DNA of 53,194 nucleotides from Planctomycetota bacterium (GTDB taxonomy: Bacteria; Planctomycetota; Planctomycetia; Pirellulales; UBA1268). A program made the position numbers and the translations under genes. The notes below the pieces were generated by a model. It was not told the DNA's origin and searched no databases. It was given only the letters and a program-made list of their open reading frames with translations. Shown here piece by piece: positions 9,843 through 19,018 of this stretch. The DNA is taken from the NCBI GenBank assembly GCA_037133115.1, contig JBAXOU010000002.1:1-53194 (forward strand), given 5' to 3'. Position 1 is the stretch's first letter, and every line of letters starts with the position of its first letter.

Positions 9843-10340
9843 TCAGGTGGCCCTCGCCCGTGGCTTCTTGAGTTCCGCCTCGGCGGTCTCGGGAGTCATG
9901 TTCTTGAGCAGGTCGTCGTTGGCGAGGATGCAGGGGGCGAAGTCGCAGGCGCCGAGGCACTCGGCAGGCTCGATCGTGAGCTCGCCGTCGGCCGTCGTGC
10001 CGTAGGGCTCGACGCCGTTCTTCGCGCAGAGCTGTTCGAGCAGGTGGTCGCCGCCCCGCAGGGCGCACGACACCGAGCGGCAGACGAAGGCCCGCACCTT
10101 CCCGTGCGGCTTCTCCTGATGGAAGAACTGGTAGAAGGTGAGCGTGTCCTGCACCTCGGCGGGAGCAAGGCCGAGCACGGCGGCGATCTCGACGACAGCC
10201 TCGAGCGGCACGTGGCGGAGTTCGGCGTTGACGATGTGCAGCGCCGGGAGCGTGAGGGCGCGGCGATTCGGGTACCGCGGCGCGAGCGCCTCGATCTTGG
10301 CCACCATCTCGTCGGTGAGGACTTTTCTGTGGGCGATCAT
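9843..10340 (-). CDS. nuoE: NADH-quinone oxidoreductase subunit E (2Fe-2S)
   Basis: CRSVSCALRG ... CLGACDFAPC thioredoxin-like 2Fe-2S motifs. The start was trimmed to MIAHRKVLTDE (ATG at 10340). The ORF track extends it to 10394, into the repeat. Confidence 0.9.
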   Translation of the reverse strand: MIAHRKVLTDEMVAKIEALAPRYPNRRALTLPALHIVNAELRHVPLEAVVEIAAVLGLAPAEVQDTLTFYQFFHQEKPHGKVRAFVCRSVSCALRGGDHLLEQLCAKNGVEPYGTTADGELTIEPAECLGACDFAPCILANDDLLKNMTPETAEAELKKPRARAT

Positions 10341-10352
10341 GCGTGGTGAGTC

Positions 10353-10483
10353 GGGGTTGTCCCCGCCGCGTCTCCGGACGTTCCCTGCGCCCATCCTGGG
10401 CTCCGCTCACTCGATGCTGGCTGCGCTTCGCCATCCATGGCTTCGCTTGCCAGCAACGCCGGCTCCCCGGCAGGGACAACCCC
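10353..10483. repeat. ~130-bp hairpin repeat, family 1, copy A (inside the nuo operon)
   Basis: GGGGTTGTCCCCGCCG...CGGCAGGGACAACCCC closing stem. The interior GATGCTGGC...CGCCATCCATGGCTTCGC...GCCAGCAAC is shared with the copies at 29498, 43893 and 51336. Confidence 0.8.
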
Positions 10484-10542
10484 TCCTCGACTCAGCCTCC
10501 GCGGAGCGGAGGGCAACCCCGACCCGCGCTGGATGGCACGTC

Positions 10543-11775
10543 TCATCGGTCGAGCTCCGCAGCGATGATGTTGAGGCTGCCGAGCACGGCCACCACGTCA
10601 GAGAGCGTGTGGCCGCGGATCAGCTGCGGGAAGAGGGCGAAGTGGAGTACGGAAGGGGGGCGGCAGCGGGCGCGGTACGCGTTTTCCGTGCCGTCGCCCA
10701 CGATGTAGAAGCCGAGCTCACCGTTGGGGGCCTCGATTGCCGCGTACGACTCCTCGGAAGGCACTTCGAAGCCACGATTGGCCATCGAGAGCTCGAAGTG
10801 CGAGATTGTGCCCTCGATCGAAGAATAGACCTGCTGTTTTGTGGGCGGGGCCACCCGCTGGTCGATGCTCACGTTGACGTCGCCTGCCGGCAGGTTTTCG
10901 AGGGCCTGCGCGACGAGTTTCAGGCTCTCCCGCATCTCCTGCATCCGCACCAGATACCGGGAGTAGCAGTCGCCGGCACTGGCGCAGCAGATCTGGAAGT
11001 CGAGGTCGGCGTAGGCGAGGTAGGGCTCGTCCTTGCGGAGGTCTCGCGTGACGCCACTGGCCCGGGCGACCGGCCCGCTGGCGCTGGCATTGATGGCCTC
11101 CTCTTTCGAGAGCAAGCCCACGCCCTTGGTGCGGTCGACGAAGATGCGGTTCCTGGTGAGAAGACGCTCCATGTCGTTAAGCGTCTTGGGAAACGTGCGG
11201 ATGAAGGCCCGAATCTTCTCGATCACCAGCGGTGTGAAGTCCTGCGAGACGCCGCCGACCCGTGTGTAGGAGTTGGTGAACCGGGCGCCGCAGAGAGTCT
11301 CGAAGATGTCGTAGATCACTTCCCGCTGGTAGAAGCCATACAGGAAGAAGGTAAACGCGCCCGTGTCGAGGCCCACCGCGCCATTGCTGAGCAGGTGATC
11401 GCTGATCCTCGCCAGTTCGGCGATGATTGTGCGGATGTAGGTGCACCGTGGCGTCAGTTGGATGCCCAGCAGCGTCTCCACCGCGTGGTGCCAGGCGACG
11501 TTGTTGGCCATCGGCGAGATGTAATTCATCCGGTCCGTCACGGTGACGTACTGGTTGAACGTGAGGTGCTCGCCGAGCTTCTCGAACCCCGAGTGGAGGT
11601 AGCCCATCTCGGGCATGGCGTCGACCACCCGCTCGCCGTCGAGTTTGAGCACCAGCCTGAGCGTGGTGTGGGTGGCGGGGTGCTGCGGACCGAAGTTGAG
11701 CGTCCAGAGGTAGTCCTCGCTCCGGGCGCCCGCTTCCGGGCCGTGGGTGTCGAACGTAGCCGTGGCGATGGACAT
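10543..11775 (-). CDS. nuoD: NADH-quinone oxidoreductase subunit D
   Basis: LNFGPQHPATHTTLRLVLKLDGE and the rest of the sequence are typical of the 49-kDa subunit. Confidence 0.95.
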   Translation of the reverse strand: MSIATATFDTHGPEAGARSEDYLWTLNFGPQHPATHTTLRLVLKLDGERVVDAMPEMGYLHSGFEKLGEHLTFNQYVTVTDRMNYISPMANNVAWHHAVETLLGIQLTPRCTYIRTIIAELARISDHLLSNGAVGLDTGAFTFFLYGFYQREVIYDIFETLCGARFTNSYTRVGGVSQDFTPLVIEKIRAFIRTFPKTLNDMERLLTRNRIFVDRTKGVGLLSKEEAINASASGPVARASGVTRDLRKDEPYLAYADLDFQICCASAGDCYSRYLVRMQEMRESLKLVAQALENLPAGDVNVSIDQRVAPPTKQQVYSSIEGTISHFELSMANRGFEVPSEESYAAIEAPNGELGFYIVGDGTENAYRARCRPPSVLHFALFPQLIRGHTLSDVVAVLGSLNIIAAELDR

Positions 11776-11778
11776 GGG

Positions 11779-12288
11779 CTAGCTGTGGTCGCGGGTGATG
11801 ACGGGGAAGTTGTGCCGCTCGCCACGGCCCTGCAACGGATAGTCCTTCCGCAGCGGGTGCGCGGTGAACTCCTCGGGCATCACAAGGCGGCGGAGATCGG
11901 GGTGGCCGGTGAAGCGGATGCCGAACAGGTCCCAGACCTCGCGCTCCAGCCAGTTGGCACCTGCCCAGAGCGGGACAACGCTCCGCACCGTCGGGTCGGG
12001 ATCGTCAACGAACACGCGGACCGTGAGCCGCTGGTTGGTCGTTGTCGAGGCGAGCAGGTAGACGAGACCGTAACGATGCGTGGCGTCGCGATATTCGAGG
12101 TAGTCGACGCAGGTGACGTCGACGAGCAGATCGAAGCCCCGCTCCTTGAGCCACGCCAGCGCGTCGAACGACAGGTCGGCCGGCACGACCACCCGGGCCT
12201 GGCCGCGGTACACGCTCGCGTCGAGGGTCCCGAACCGGTCCGTAAGGCCGGCGAGCACGTCGTCAACGGATGGTGATGTGAAGGGCAT
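11779..12288 (-). CDS. nuoC: NADH-quinone oxidoreductase subunit C
   Basis: 30-kDa subunit signature WLEREVWDLFGIRFTGHPDLRRL. Confidence 0.9.
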   Translation of the reverse strand: MPFTSPSVDDVLAGLTDRFGTLDASVYRGQARVVVPADLSFDALAWLKERGFDLLVDVTCVDYLEYRDATHRYGLVYLLASTTTNQRLTVRVFVDDPDPTVRSVVPLWAGANWLEREVWDLFGIRFTGHPDLRRLVMPEEFTAHPLRKDYPLQGRGERHNFPVITRDHS

Positions 12289-12309
12289 CGGTGGGGGGCG
12301 TGAGGAGGG

Positions 12310-12948
12310 TCAGGTGCGGGAGGCGATGGCCTCGGCCGCGGCAGCGAGTTCTCGCTGCAGCACGGGATTGCGGGAGGCGTCGATCGTCGCGTGGCCGGTG
12401 ATTTCGACCAGCGATCGCTTCCGCAGCTGGCGGCCGACAGTGTCGAACTCGCGGCCAGTGATCGTCCCTTCCCGCTGGATCTTATCCTGGAGGTCGATGA
12501 TCGCCTGGATCAACTGCTCGGGCCGCGGTGGGCAGCCGGGCACGTACATGTCGACCGGGATGAAGCGGTCGATGCCCTGCACGACGGCATACGTGTCGAA
12601 CACGCCGCCCGTGCTGGCACAGGCACCCATCGAAATGCACCACTTCGGCTCGTGCATCTGCTGCCAGATCCGCTGCAGCACCGGGAGCATCTTCATCACC
12701 ACGCGGCCGGCCACGATCATGAGGTCGCACTGCCGCGGGCTGAAGCGGAAGACTTCGGCGCCGAAGCGGGCCAGGTCGTGCTTGGCCGCACCGGTGGCCA
12801 TCAGCTCGATGCCGCAGCAGGCCGTGGCAAAGGGCATCGGCCAGAGGCTGTTCTTGCGACACCAGTTCGCCAAGGCGTCGAGCCGGCTGACTACGACGTT
12901 TTCAGGCAACTCGATCCGTCCGCCGGATCCGGAAGGTATCACCGCCAT
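12310..12948 (-). CDS. nuoB: NADH-quinone oxidoreductase subunit B
   Basis: PMPFATACCGIELMA, MGACASTGG and VPGCPPRPE are the N2 cluster ligand motifs. Confidence 0.95.
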   Translation of the reverse strand: MAVIPSGSGGRIELPENVVVSRLDALANWCRKNSLWPMPFATACCGIELMATGAAKHDLARFGAEVFRFSPRQCDLMIVAGRVVMKMLPVLQRIWQQMHEPKWCISMGACASTGGVFDTYAVVQGIDRFIPVDMYVPGCPPRPEQLIQAIIDLQDKIQREGTITGREFDTVGRQLRKRSLVEITGHATIDASRNPVLQRELAAAAEAIASRT

Positions 12949-13334
12949 CGGAAAACCCCCTTTCGCCAGTCATAGGCGAAGCCCACGATCACCATCGCGA
13001 TGAACAGCATCGCGCCGCCGAAGACGAGTCCGCGGGATGAAACGAGGCCGCCCTGCACCGCGGCGTCGACCCCGGCCGCCGAGCGGCTCGCCACTGCCCA
13101 TGGATAGAGAAAGAGCAGTTCGACATCGAACACGAGGAACGTGATCGCCACCAGGTGGAAGCGGACGTCGAACCGCCGTCGGGTGTCATGGACGGGGTCC
13201 ATGCCGCTCTCGTACGGCATTTCCTTGACGGCGCCCGAGCGATGGGGGCCGACGAGGCTGGCGAAGACCACCAGCCCGACCGACACGGCCGCCGCGATCG
13301 CGACGAACAGCAGGACTGGCAGGATCGCGTCCAT
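12939..13334 (-). CDS. nuoA: NADH-quinone oxidoreductase subunit A
   Basis: Three-TM protein with YESGMDP and FLVFDVELLFLYPWA. It is the first gene of the operon. Confidence 0.9.
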   Translation of the reverse strand: MDAILPVLLFVAIAAAVSVGLVVFASLVGPHRSGAVKEMPYESGMDPVHDTRRRFDVRFHLVAITFLVFDVELLFLYPWAVASRSAAGVDAAVQGGLVSSRGLVFGGAMLFIAMVIVGFAYDWRKGVFRWR

Positions 13335-13388
13335 GAAAGCTCTGGGGCGGTGCGGAAGGGGGCGATATGCGTTTTTCGGCCGCGGAAA

Positions 13389-13418
13389 CCGACTTCGTGA
13401 AATTCGTCACAAAGTCGG
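13389..13418. promoter_or_regulatory. CRP/FNR-type palindrome upstream of nuoA
   Basis: CCGACTTCGTGA-AATTCG-TCACAAAGTCGG: 12-bp arms with 1 mismatch and core GTGA-N6-TCAC. It is centred ~70 bp upstream of the nuoA ATG and just downstream of the preceding terminator. Confidence 0.45.
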
Positions 13419-13423
13419 CCCGC

Positions 13424-13454
13424 AAAAAAGCCGGTGGGCGTTCCGCCCGCCGGC
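13424..13454 (-). terminator. Rho-independent terminator after the glycosyltransferase pair
   Basis: The minus strand reads GCCGGCGGGCG-GAA-CGCCCACCGGC followed by TTTTTTG (11-bp GC stem with one mismatch). It lies ~100 nt after the stop at 13551. Confidence 0.6.
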
Positions 13455-13550
13455 TCGGCCATGACCGTCACAGTTATACCGGCCTCGAATCCGGGCGACG
13501 AGTCGGATCGGTTTCCCGGGGACCAGCGATCAGCCCAGCCCGGTCCGGGG

Positions 13551-14453
13551 CTAGCCAAAGCGGGCCAGATGGCCGTGGATGAGGCCTCGATCAAAGGGGG
13601 TCTGCCGGCCGAGTTCGCTGAGCACCCGGTCGAGGTCGATCCCGTAGTGGTTCACGCGAAACAGGCCAACCTTGACGAAGGGCACCCCCGCCGCGAAGAG
13701 CCGCCACCAGACGAGTTCGCTGGGGTTGTGAGGCGTGCGGCGGCTTTTTCGGATCAGCCGCCACGACCGGTAGGGTGCGGAGAGCGAGACGTGCGGCATG
13801 ATTTCCCGCAGGGCAACCCGGGGGGCAGTCGTGGCGTCGTACAGCCCGGCGATTTGGAAACCGGCCTCAACAGCAGACCGCGACAGCCCGATCTCGAACC
13901 GTTCGACGATCTCCCGCTTCGTTGGCGCCGGCTCGACCGCGGACCAGAAGGTGTCGAACCATGCTGACTCGAGCAGCGGCCGGCGCATGGCGAAAAACCA
14001 CGATTGCAGGTGCGGGATGCGGGGGCCGTCGCGGCCCGTCGGCTGCTCAGAGAGCACCATGCCCCAGAGGTCGGCCGCCGCCGTGCGGGGGTCGTCGAAG
14101 GCTGGGGCAAGGTCGAAGAGCGGTCCGTAGACGCTGTCGTTGACGCACACCACCTCGTCGTAGTCGCCGCGGTCGAGTGTGGCGAGGCCGTCTTTCCAGG
14201 CCCCGAAGTCGTAGCCCACGTTGGGTCTCGGCAGGTAGTCGTCGACGAGCGCTGCGAGGTCGCGCGGCAGGCGTCCGCCGCCGTTTGAGACGAGCACCAG
14301 CCGCTCCGCGAGCCTGCGGTAGGCCCGGGCGGCGTGCGTCACATGCGGATCGAAGCGGCCGTGCGGGTCGAAGTGCGCGAGCACGATCGCGCGGCGAGCG
14401 ACTGGCCGCTGCAACCGCAGGATCACCTCGTTGCCGGCGGACGGCGCGGACAT
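13551..14453 (-). CDS. Rhamnan synthesis protein F (RgpF)-like glycosyltransferase
   Basis: HFDPHG, NVGYDFGAWK, CVNDSVYGP and HLQSWFFAM resemble the RgpF family. The start overlaps the stop of the upstream GT2 gene (TGATG). Confidence 0.7.
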   Translation of the reverse strand: MSAPSAGNEVILRLQRPVARRAIVLAHFDPHGRFDPHVTHAARAYRRLAERLVLVSNGGGRLPRDLAALVDDYLPRPNVGYDFGAWKDGLATLDRGDYDEVVCVNDSVYGPLFDLAPAFDDPRTAAADLWGMVLSEQPTGRDGPRIPHLQSWFFAMRRPLLESAWFDTFWSAVEPAPTKREIVERFEIGLSRSAVEAGFQIAGLYDATTAPRVALREIMPHVSLSAPYRSWRLIRKSRRTPHNPSELVWWRLFAAGVPFVKVGLFRVNHYGIDLDRVLSELGRQTPFDRGLIHGHLARFG

Positions 14454-15484
14454 CAGGCCGCCCGCCGCAGAATGGGCTCATCGCGGAGCCGGGCTCGCAG
14501 CGACGCGAGACGTCTTGTGGCGACGCCCTGCAAAGCCCTTCCGTCGAGCACATCGAGGATGTCGGGGATCGCCCTCAGGGTTGCCGCGGCCGCAGTCGTG
14601 GCGCCGGCGGCCAGCTGGCGCTCCGCGGTGCGGATGGCCGATGCGGCGTGCCAACGGACGCTCGCGGCGAGCGTGGCCTCGCGGATCGAGTCGGGCAGCG
14701 AGGTGGCGTTGATTCGCAGGGCACGGGCCATGTCGGGCCAGACCGCCCCGGATGCGAACAGGCGGGTGGTTTCGTTGGCCATGTGGCGGCGGTAAATCGC
14801 GAGCGACCTGGGTTCGTACCAGACGCGATACCGCGCGGCGATCCGCACCCACATCTCCCAGTCGAGGGCGTGACAGAGATCGTTACGGTAGCCACCGATA
14901 GACTCATAGGTGGTGCGGGCCACCACGGCCGCCGGCGTCTGGATCCGCTGTCGCTCGGCGATCGTCGGCAGCCAGTTGGCCAGCACGCCGGCGAACCACT
15001 TCTGTCGCGACGTCGTCTTCATGAGTCGGTCGCGATCGTCGACGATGCGGCTGCGGCAGAAGGCCATTCCAATGTCGTTGGCGTGGCGGAAGCCGCGGTC
15101 GATCGCGGCATAGAAGCCTGGTCGAACGGCATCGTCCTGATGGAGCAGGTGCACGAAGTGGCCGCGGGCCAGCGCGATCGCACGATTCCAGTTGCCGGCG
15201 AGGCCAAGCCGATGGCCATGCGACACCACGTTGACGCGGCCCGATGGATCGATGGACCGAACGAGCCGTTCGACGCTCCCGGGAGTCGAGGCGTCGTCGA
15301 CCACGGTGATCTGCATCTCCGCAGGGGGCAGTGCCTGGGTCAGCACGGATTCCAATGAGTCGCGGAGTCTGGCGTCGGGCTCGAACGCGGGAATCATCAC
15401 CGAAAACCGCGGCCTTGCGAGGCCGTCAGGCAACGGTTGGATGGGTGGCGGGGCCGCAACGGAGGCCTGATGCTGGAGCGACAT
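14453..15484 (-). CDS. Family 2 glycosyltransferase
   Basis: FSVMIPAFEP ... ITVVDDASTPGS ... LLHQDD are GT2 (GT-A fold) motifs. The start could be 15484 or 15553. Confidence 0.8.
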   Translation of the reverse strand: MSLQHQASVAAPPPIQPLPDGLARPRFSVMIPAFEPDARLRDSLESVLTQALPPAEMQITVVDDASTPGSVERLVRSIDPSGRVNVVSHGHRLGLAGNWNRAIALARGHFVHLLHQDDAVRPGFYAAIDRGFRHANDIGMAFCRSRIVDDRDRLMKTTSRQKWFAGVLANWLPTIAERQRIQTPAAVVARTTYESIGGYRNDLCHALDWEMWVRIAARYRVWYEPRSLAIYRRHMANETTRLFASGAVWPDMARALRINATSLPDSIREATLAASVRWHAASAIRTAERQLAAGATTAAAATLRAIPDILDVLDGRALQGVATRRLASLRARLRDEPILRRAA

Positions 15485-15636
15485 AGCAGGGGGGAAATAG
15501 CAGCCCCCGACCGACGCCGACAGACCAACCGAACGGCAAGGCGGCATCGCCAAACTGAAGAGGCCCCCTGAACGCCCAAATCGCCCAGACCCTCACGGCT
15601 CACCCCGTCGGGTGGGCTTCGGGTGTGTGCGCGGGT

Positions 15637-16428
15637 TCACATGTTGCCGACGTTCATGCTCACGTAGGCACCCCACGGCCCGACGCCGACGCTCATGCCG
15701 GAGCCCTTCGCGTCGGCGAACGGTGGCTTGCCGCCTCCCTGGTTACCACCACGGTAGGGAGAGAAGGAGGCGCCCGACTGGGCCGCGGCCGCGGCCGAGT
15801 TTGACGCTGCCGCCGTCGCCTGCCGAGCGGCCTGCGCCCGATCGACGAGCTGCTGGCGGCTCGAGTCGAACGCCGCCTGACGCTGCTGGAGGTCGGCCTT
15901 CTTCTGCTCGATCTTGTCGATCTCCTGCTGCAACTGAGCGCTCGTCATCGTGACGACATTCGGCACGTCCTTGAGCACCTCAGACCGCTTGCTGTCGGAC
16001 ATCACGGAGAGATACTGGCCGACCCACTGCCGTGCATCCTTGGCCTCCGGGGTCTCCAGGAGCTTGAACTTGGAGTCGAGGTCTTCAAGCAGATACTCGA
16101 GCTCATACGACGACATCCCCGCGACCCGCTTGTTGAAGTCGGCCTTGATGTTGTGCACTTCCTGAGGCGAATAGATCTGCTGGGAGGAGAGCCATTCGCC
16201 CAGTTCGAAGATCGCCCGCCGCCACCGCTGGCTGTTCATGATCTCAGCCTTGCGAGCCAGATCGCCTTCATCGTCGTCGGCTGCCTTGGCCGGGGCGGCA
16301 GCCGCTTTGGCCGGGGCGGCTGGCTGCTGGCCGAAGGAACGAACCGGCGGCACCGCCGTGACGATCACCACGGCGGCGATCATGAAAAGTGAACTGCGTC
16401 GGGTAGGGTAGGTCATGATCGACTGCAT
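15637..16428 (-). CDS. Secreted hypothetical protein with a coiled-coil region
   Basis: Signal-like LFMIAAVVIVTAVPP and a natural, K/E/Q-rich composition (QLQQEIDKIEQKKADLQQRQ). The start was trimmed (MQSIMTYP) so it does not overlap the upstream gene. Confidence 0.6.
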   Translation of the reverse strand: MQSIMTYPTRRSSLFMIAAVVIVTAVPPVRSFGQQPAAPAKAAAAPAKAADDDEGDLARKAEIMNSQRWRRAIFELGEWLSSQQIYSPQEVHNIKADFNKRVAGMSSYELEYLLEDLDSKFKLLETPEAKDARQWVGQYLSVMSDSKRSEVLKDVPNVVTMTSAQLQQEIDKIEQKKADLQQRQAAFDSSRQQLVDRAQAARQATAAASNSAAAAAQSGASFSPYRGGNQGGGKPPFADAKGSGMSVGVGPWGAYVSMNVGNM

Positions 16429-16442
16429 GGTGCATTCAGGCT

Positions 16443-17432
16443 CTAGCGAGCCCCCTCGGTGGTTCCGGTGCCGGGCTTGCGGACGAGCGTTATTTTGACC
16501 TGCGGCATGTGCTCGCCGCCCACATGGGTCGGCAGCGACCGCCACAGGCACTTATCCTTGCCATCGTAGCTGTAGATGTTGAGCGAAGACGTCTGCGAGC
16601 CATCGGGCAGCACAGCCGTGGTCCGCGCGACCCACGAGCCGTCGTCCCGGCTCCAGGCCGCCTCGCCGTGCCCGCCGTCGGAACTGAAGACCCAGGAACG
16701 GATGCTCTTCGAGAGCGGGTCCCACCCGATCCGCTGCGTAACCTGGATCGCAGCGTCGGCGACCGCTCCGGGGGGCGTGATCTTCATGTCACGGAGTAGG
16801 AACGTGCGCGTCGGATTCCAGCGGGCACTGACCTCGATCTTCGGCTTATTCGCGGCGGGCTTGCCGGCGGTCGCCTCATCGACGGCCGTCCAATCGCCTA
16901 CCATCCAATCGAGTGATGCGAGCGACTCTTCGCCCGAGGCTTCGTCGCCCCGCGCCTCACGAAGCGCGGCCAACTTCCAGCTGCCTTCATGGCGGACCCA
17001 GGTTGCCGAGAAGCGGCCGTGCAGCGGGGCGGTGTGGCCCGGCGGCACGACCTCGACGGTGCCGTCTTCGAGGGCGACGTCGGCGTCGAGGAACCGGAGC
17101 TTCGTCTCGCGGACGGCGATTTCCGGTTGGCCCGGCTTTGCGTCGCCCTCGGCGGCCGGTTCGAGCATGGAAACGGTGTCGCGGCCCTTCATGACGTTGC
17201 CCATGGCATCGACGATGTCGCCGTCCGGCGTCCAGAGTGCGGTGAGCGCCTTGCCGTCACCTCGCTCGAGCGCCACCTTGTAGGCCTGCCCGGCCTCCTG
17301 GATCGCCTTGGTGTCGGCGGCGAGATCAGCGCGGCCTGATGCCGGCACGATCGCACCGATGACGAGGGCGAGCATCGCGTGCAGCAGCGTGGCGGCCCTT
17401 TGGGAAGCGCGGGATTCCAGAAACGTCGGCAT
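16443..17432 (-). CDS. Secreted NTF2-like (SnoaL/DUF4440-type) domain protein
   Basis: A signal peptide is followed by IQEAGQAYKVALERGDGKALTALWTPDGDIVD...WVRHEGSWKLAALRE, an NTF2-like pattern. A second beta-rich domain follows. Confidence 0.55.
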   Translation of the reverse strand: MPTFLESRASQRAATLLHAMLALVIGAIVPASGRADLAADTKAIQEAGQAYKVALERGDGKALTALWTPDGDIVDAMGNVMKGRDTVSMLEPAAEGDAKPGQPEIAVRETKLRFLDADVALEDGTVEVVPPGHTAPLHGRFSATWVRHEGSWKLAALREARGDEASGEESLASLDWMVGDWTAVDEATAGKPAANKPKIEVSARWNPTRTFLLRDMKITPPGAVADAAIQVTQRIGWDPLSKSIRSWVFSSDGGHGEAAWSRDDGSWVARTTAVLPDGSQTSSLNIYSYDGKDKCLWRSLPTHVGGEHMPQVKITLVRKPGTGTTEGAR

Positions 17433-17568
17433 GCAACACCGGGCGGGTGAAGGAGAAGGTCGATTCCCGCGTGCCACGAGCACATGGGGCGGATCGAGCC
17501 GACTATTTTACCACGGACGGGTCGCTCAGGGAAAGCACGTGGGCGGCTCGTCTGGTAGGGTTTTCGGG

Positions 17569-18783
17569 ATGTCCGGTCACATCCCCCTGCTCGCCGACCT
17601 GGTCCGGCGGCCGAGCGTCAATCCGATGGGCCGCGATGTTTCCGGCCCCGAGTATCTCGAGGGTCGGGTGACGGACTTTCTCGTGCAGCGGTTCACGGCG
17701 CTCGGCCTGCCCTGGGCCCGGCAGCCGGTGTCGCCAGGCCGCGACAATGTCGTCGCCCGACTCGATGCCACGGTGCCGCGGGCCCCGGTCATCCTCTGGG
17801 ATGCCCATCAGGACACGGTGCCGGTGGAGAACATGACGATCGAGCCGTTCGTGCCGGTCATCCGGGACGGGCGGATGTATGGTCGCGGCACGTGCGACGT
17901 GAAGGGGGGCATGGCGGCGATGATCGCGGCGGTCGAGCGGTTGCTGACGCATCGTGGCGAACGCGCCGCCACGGTTGTGTTCTCCGCGACCGTCAATGAG
18001 GAGTTCGGATTTTCGGGCGCCAGGGCTTTGGCCCGGCTCTGGGAACCGGCCGCCGCCGACGCCCCCGTGACGGATGCCGCGGCCCGCAAGGTCGTCGGCC
18101 GCCGTCCCGCCCTGGCCGTTGTCGCTGAGCCCACGGCGCTCGACCTCGTGATGCAGCACAAGGGGGCCATCCGCTGGCGGATCCGGGTGCATGGACGCGC
18201 CTGCCACAGCGCCTTCCCCGAACACGGCAGCAACGCCATCTATCCGGCCGGCCGCGTGATCCTCGCGCTCGAGGCGCTCGCCTGTGATCTGCTGACGCGG
18301 CATGCCGACCACCCGTGCGGCCCGCCTACCCTGAACCTCGGCACAATCCGCGGTGGTGCGGGCGTGAACCTCGTTCCCGACCTCACGGTGCTGGAAGTGG
18401 AGCGGCGGGTGCTGCCTGGTGAGTCTCCCCACGAGGCCCGGGCCGAGGCGATCGCGCGGATCGCGGCCGCTTGTGGCGACGCGCGGATCGAGCACGACGA
18501 ACCGTTCCTCGAAAGTGCCGGCCTCGTCGACGCCACGAGCGACTCGAAGGCCGCCGCATGGATCGAGAAACTCGCTGCGATGGCTCGCGCCCGCGGCGCT
18601 GCGGCGGCCCGCACCGCTGCCCGCTACGGCACCAACGCCAGCGTGTTCACGGCCGCAGGTGTGCCGAGCGTGGTGTTTGGCCCAGGCTCGATTGCCCAGG
18701 CCCACACGGCCGACGAGTGGATCGACCTCACCCAGGTCGGCACGGCCGCCGAAATCCTGGCGGCCGTCATTGCGACTACGTGA
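17569..18783 (+). CDS. M20 family metallopeptidase (ArgE/DapE-like deacylase)
   Basis: WDAHQDTVP, GRGTCDVKGG and TVNEEFG are M20 metal-ligand motifs. The start was trimmed to MSGHIPLL (ATG at 17569). The ORF track begins at 17308. Confidence 0.85.
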   Translation: MSGHIPLLADLVRRPSVNPMGRDVSGPEYLEGRVTDFLVQRFTALGLPWARQPVSPGRDNVVARLDATVPRAPVILWDAHQDTVPVENMTIEPFVPVIRDGRMYGRGTCDVKGGMAAMIAAVERLLTHRGERAATVVFSATVNEEFGFSGARALARLWEPAAADAPVTDAAARKVVGRRPALAVVAEPTALDLVMQHKGAIRWRIRVHGRACHSAFPEHGSNAIYPAGRVILALEALACDLLTRHADHPCGPPTLNLGTIRGGAGVNLVPDLTVLEVERRVLPGESPHEARAEAIARIAAACGDARIEHDEPFLESAGLVDATSDSKAAAWIEKLAAMARARGAAAARTAARYGTNASVFTAAGVPSVVFGPGSIAQAHTADEWIDLTQVGTAAEILAAVIATT

Positions 18784-19018
18784 CGTCGTGGCAGGGCACA
18801 GGGAGCGACATCAGCATCATCATCCCCGCAGGCACGCCGCCCGTCAGTAGTTCTCACGGGCAGGCGAAGGGATCGGGGCGAGGATGGCGAGCCTCGGCTA
18901 TCCTGCCGCAGCGATCCAACTCGTCCCGTCCCGCAGCCGGTGACCGCGAGTCTTTTCCGGCCGATTCAGGCTGGTACAACATCGCCACCACATACCCCAA
19001 GCACGGAGGAGTGAAAGC

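Noticed and set aside
10138-12276. 712-aa ORF on the plus strand
   Set aside because: It is antisense to nuoD and nuoC, which carry unmistakable signatures. Its Arg/Gly/Ala/Val-rich composition is typical of a high-GC shadow ORF.
17503-18705. 400-aa minus-strand ORF
   Set aside because: It is antisense to the M20 peptidase gene.
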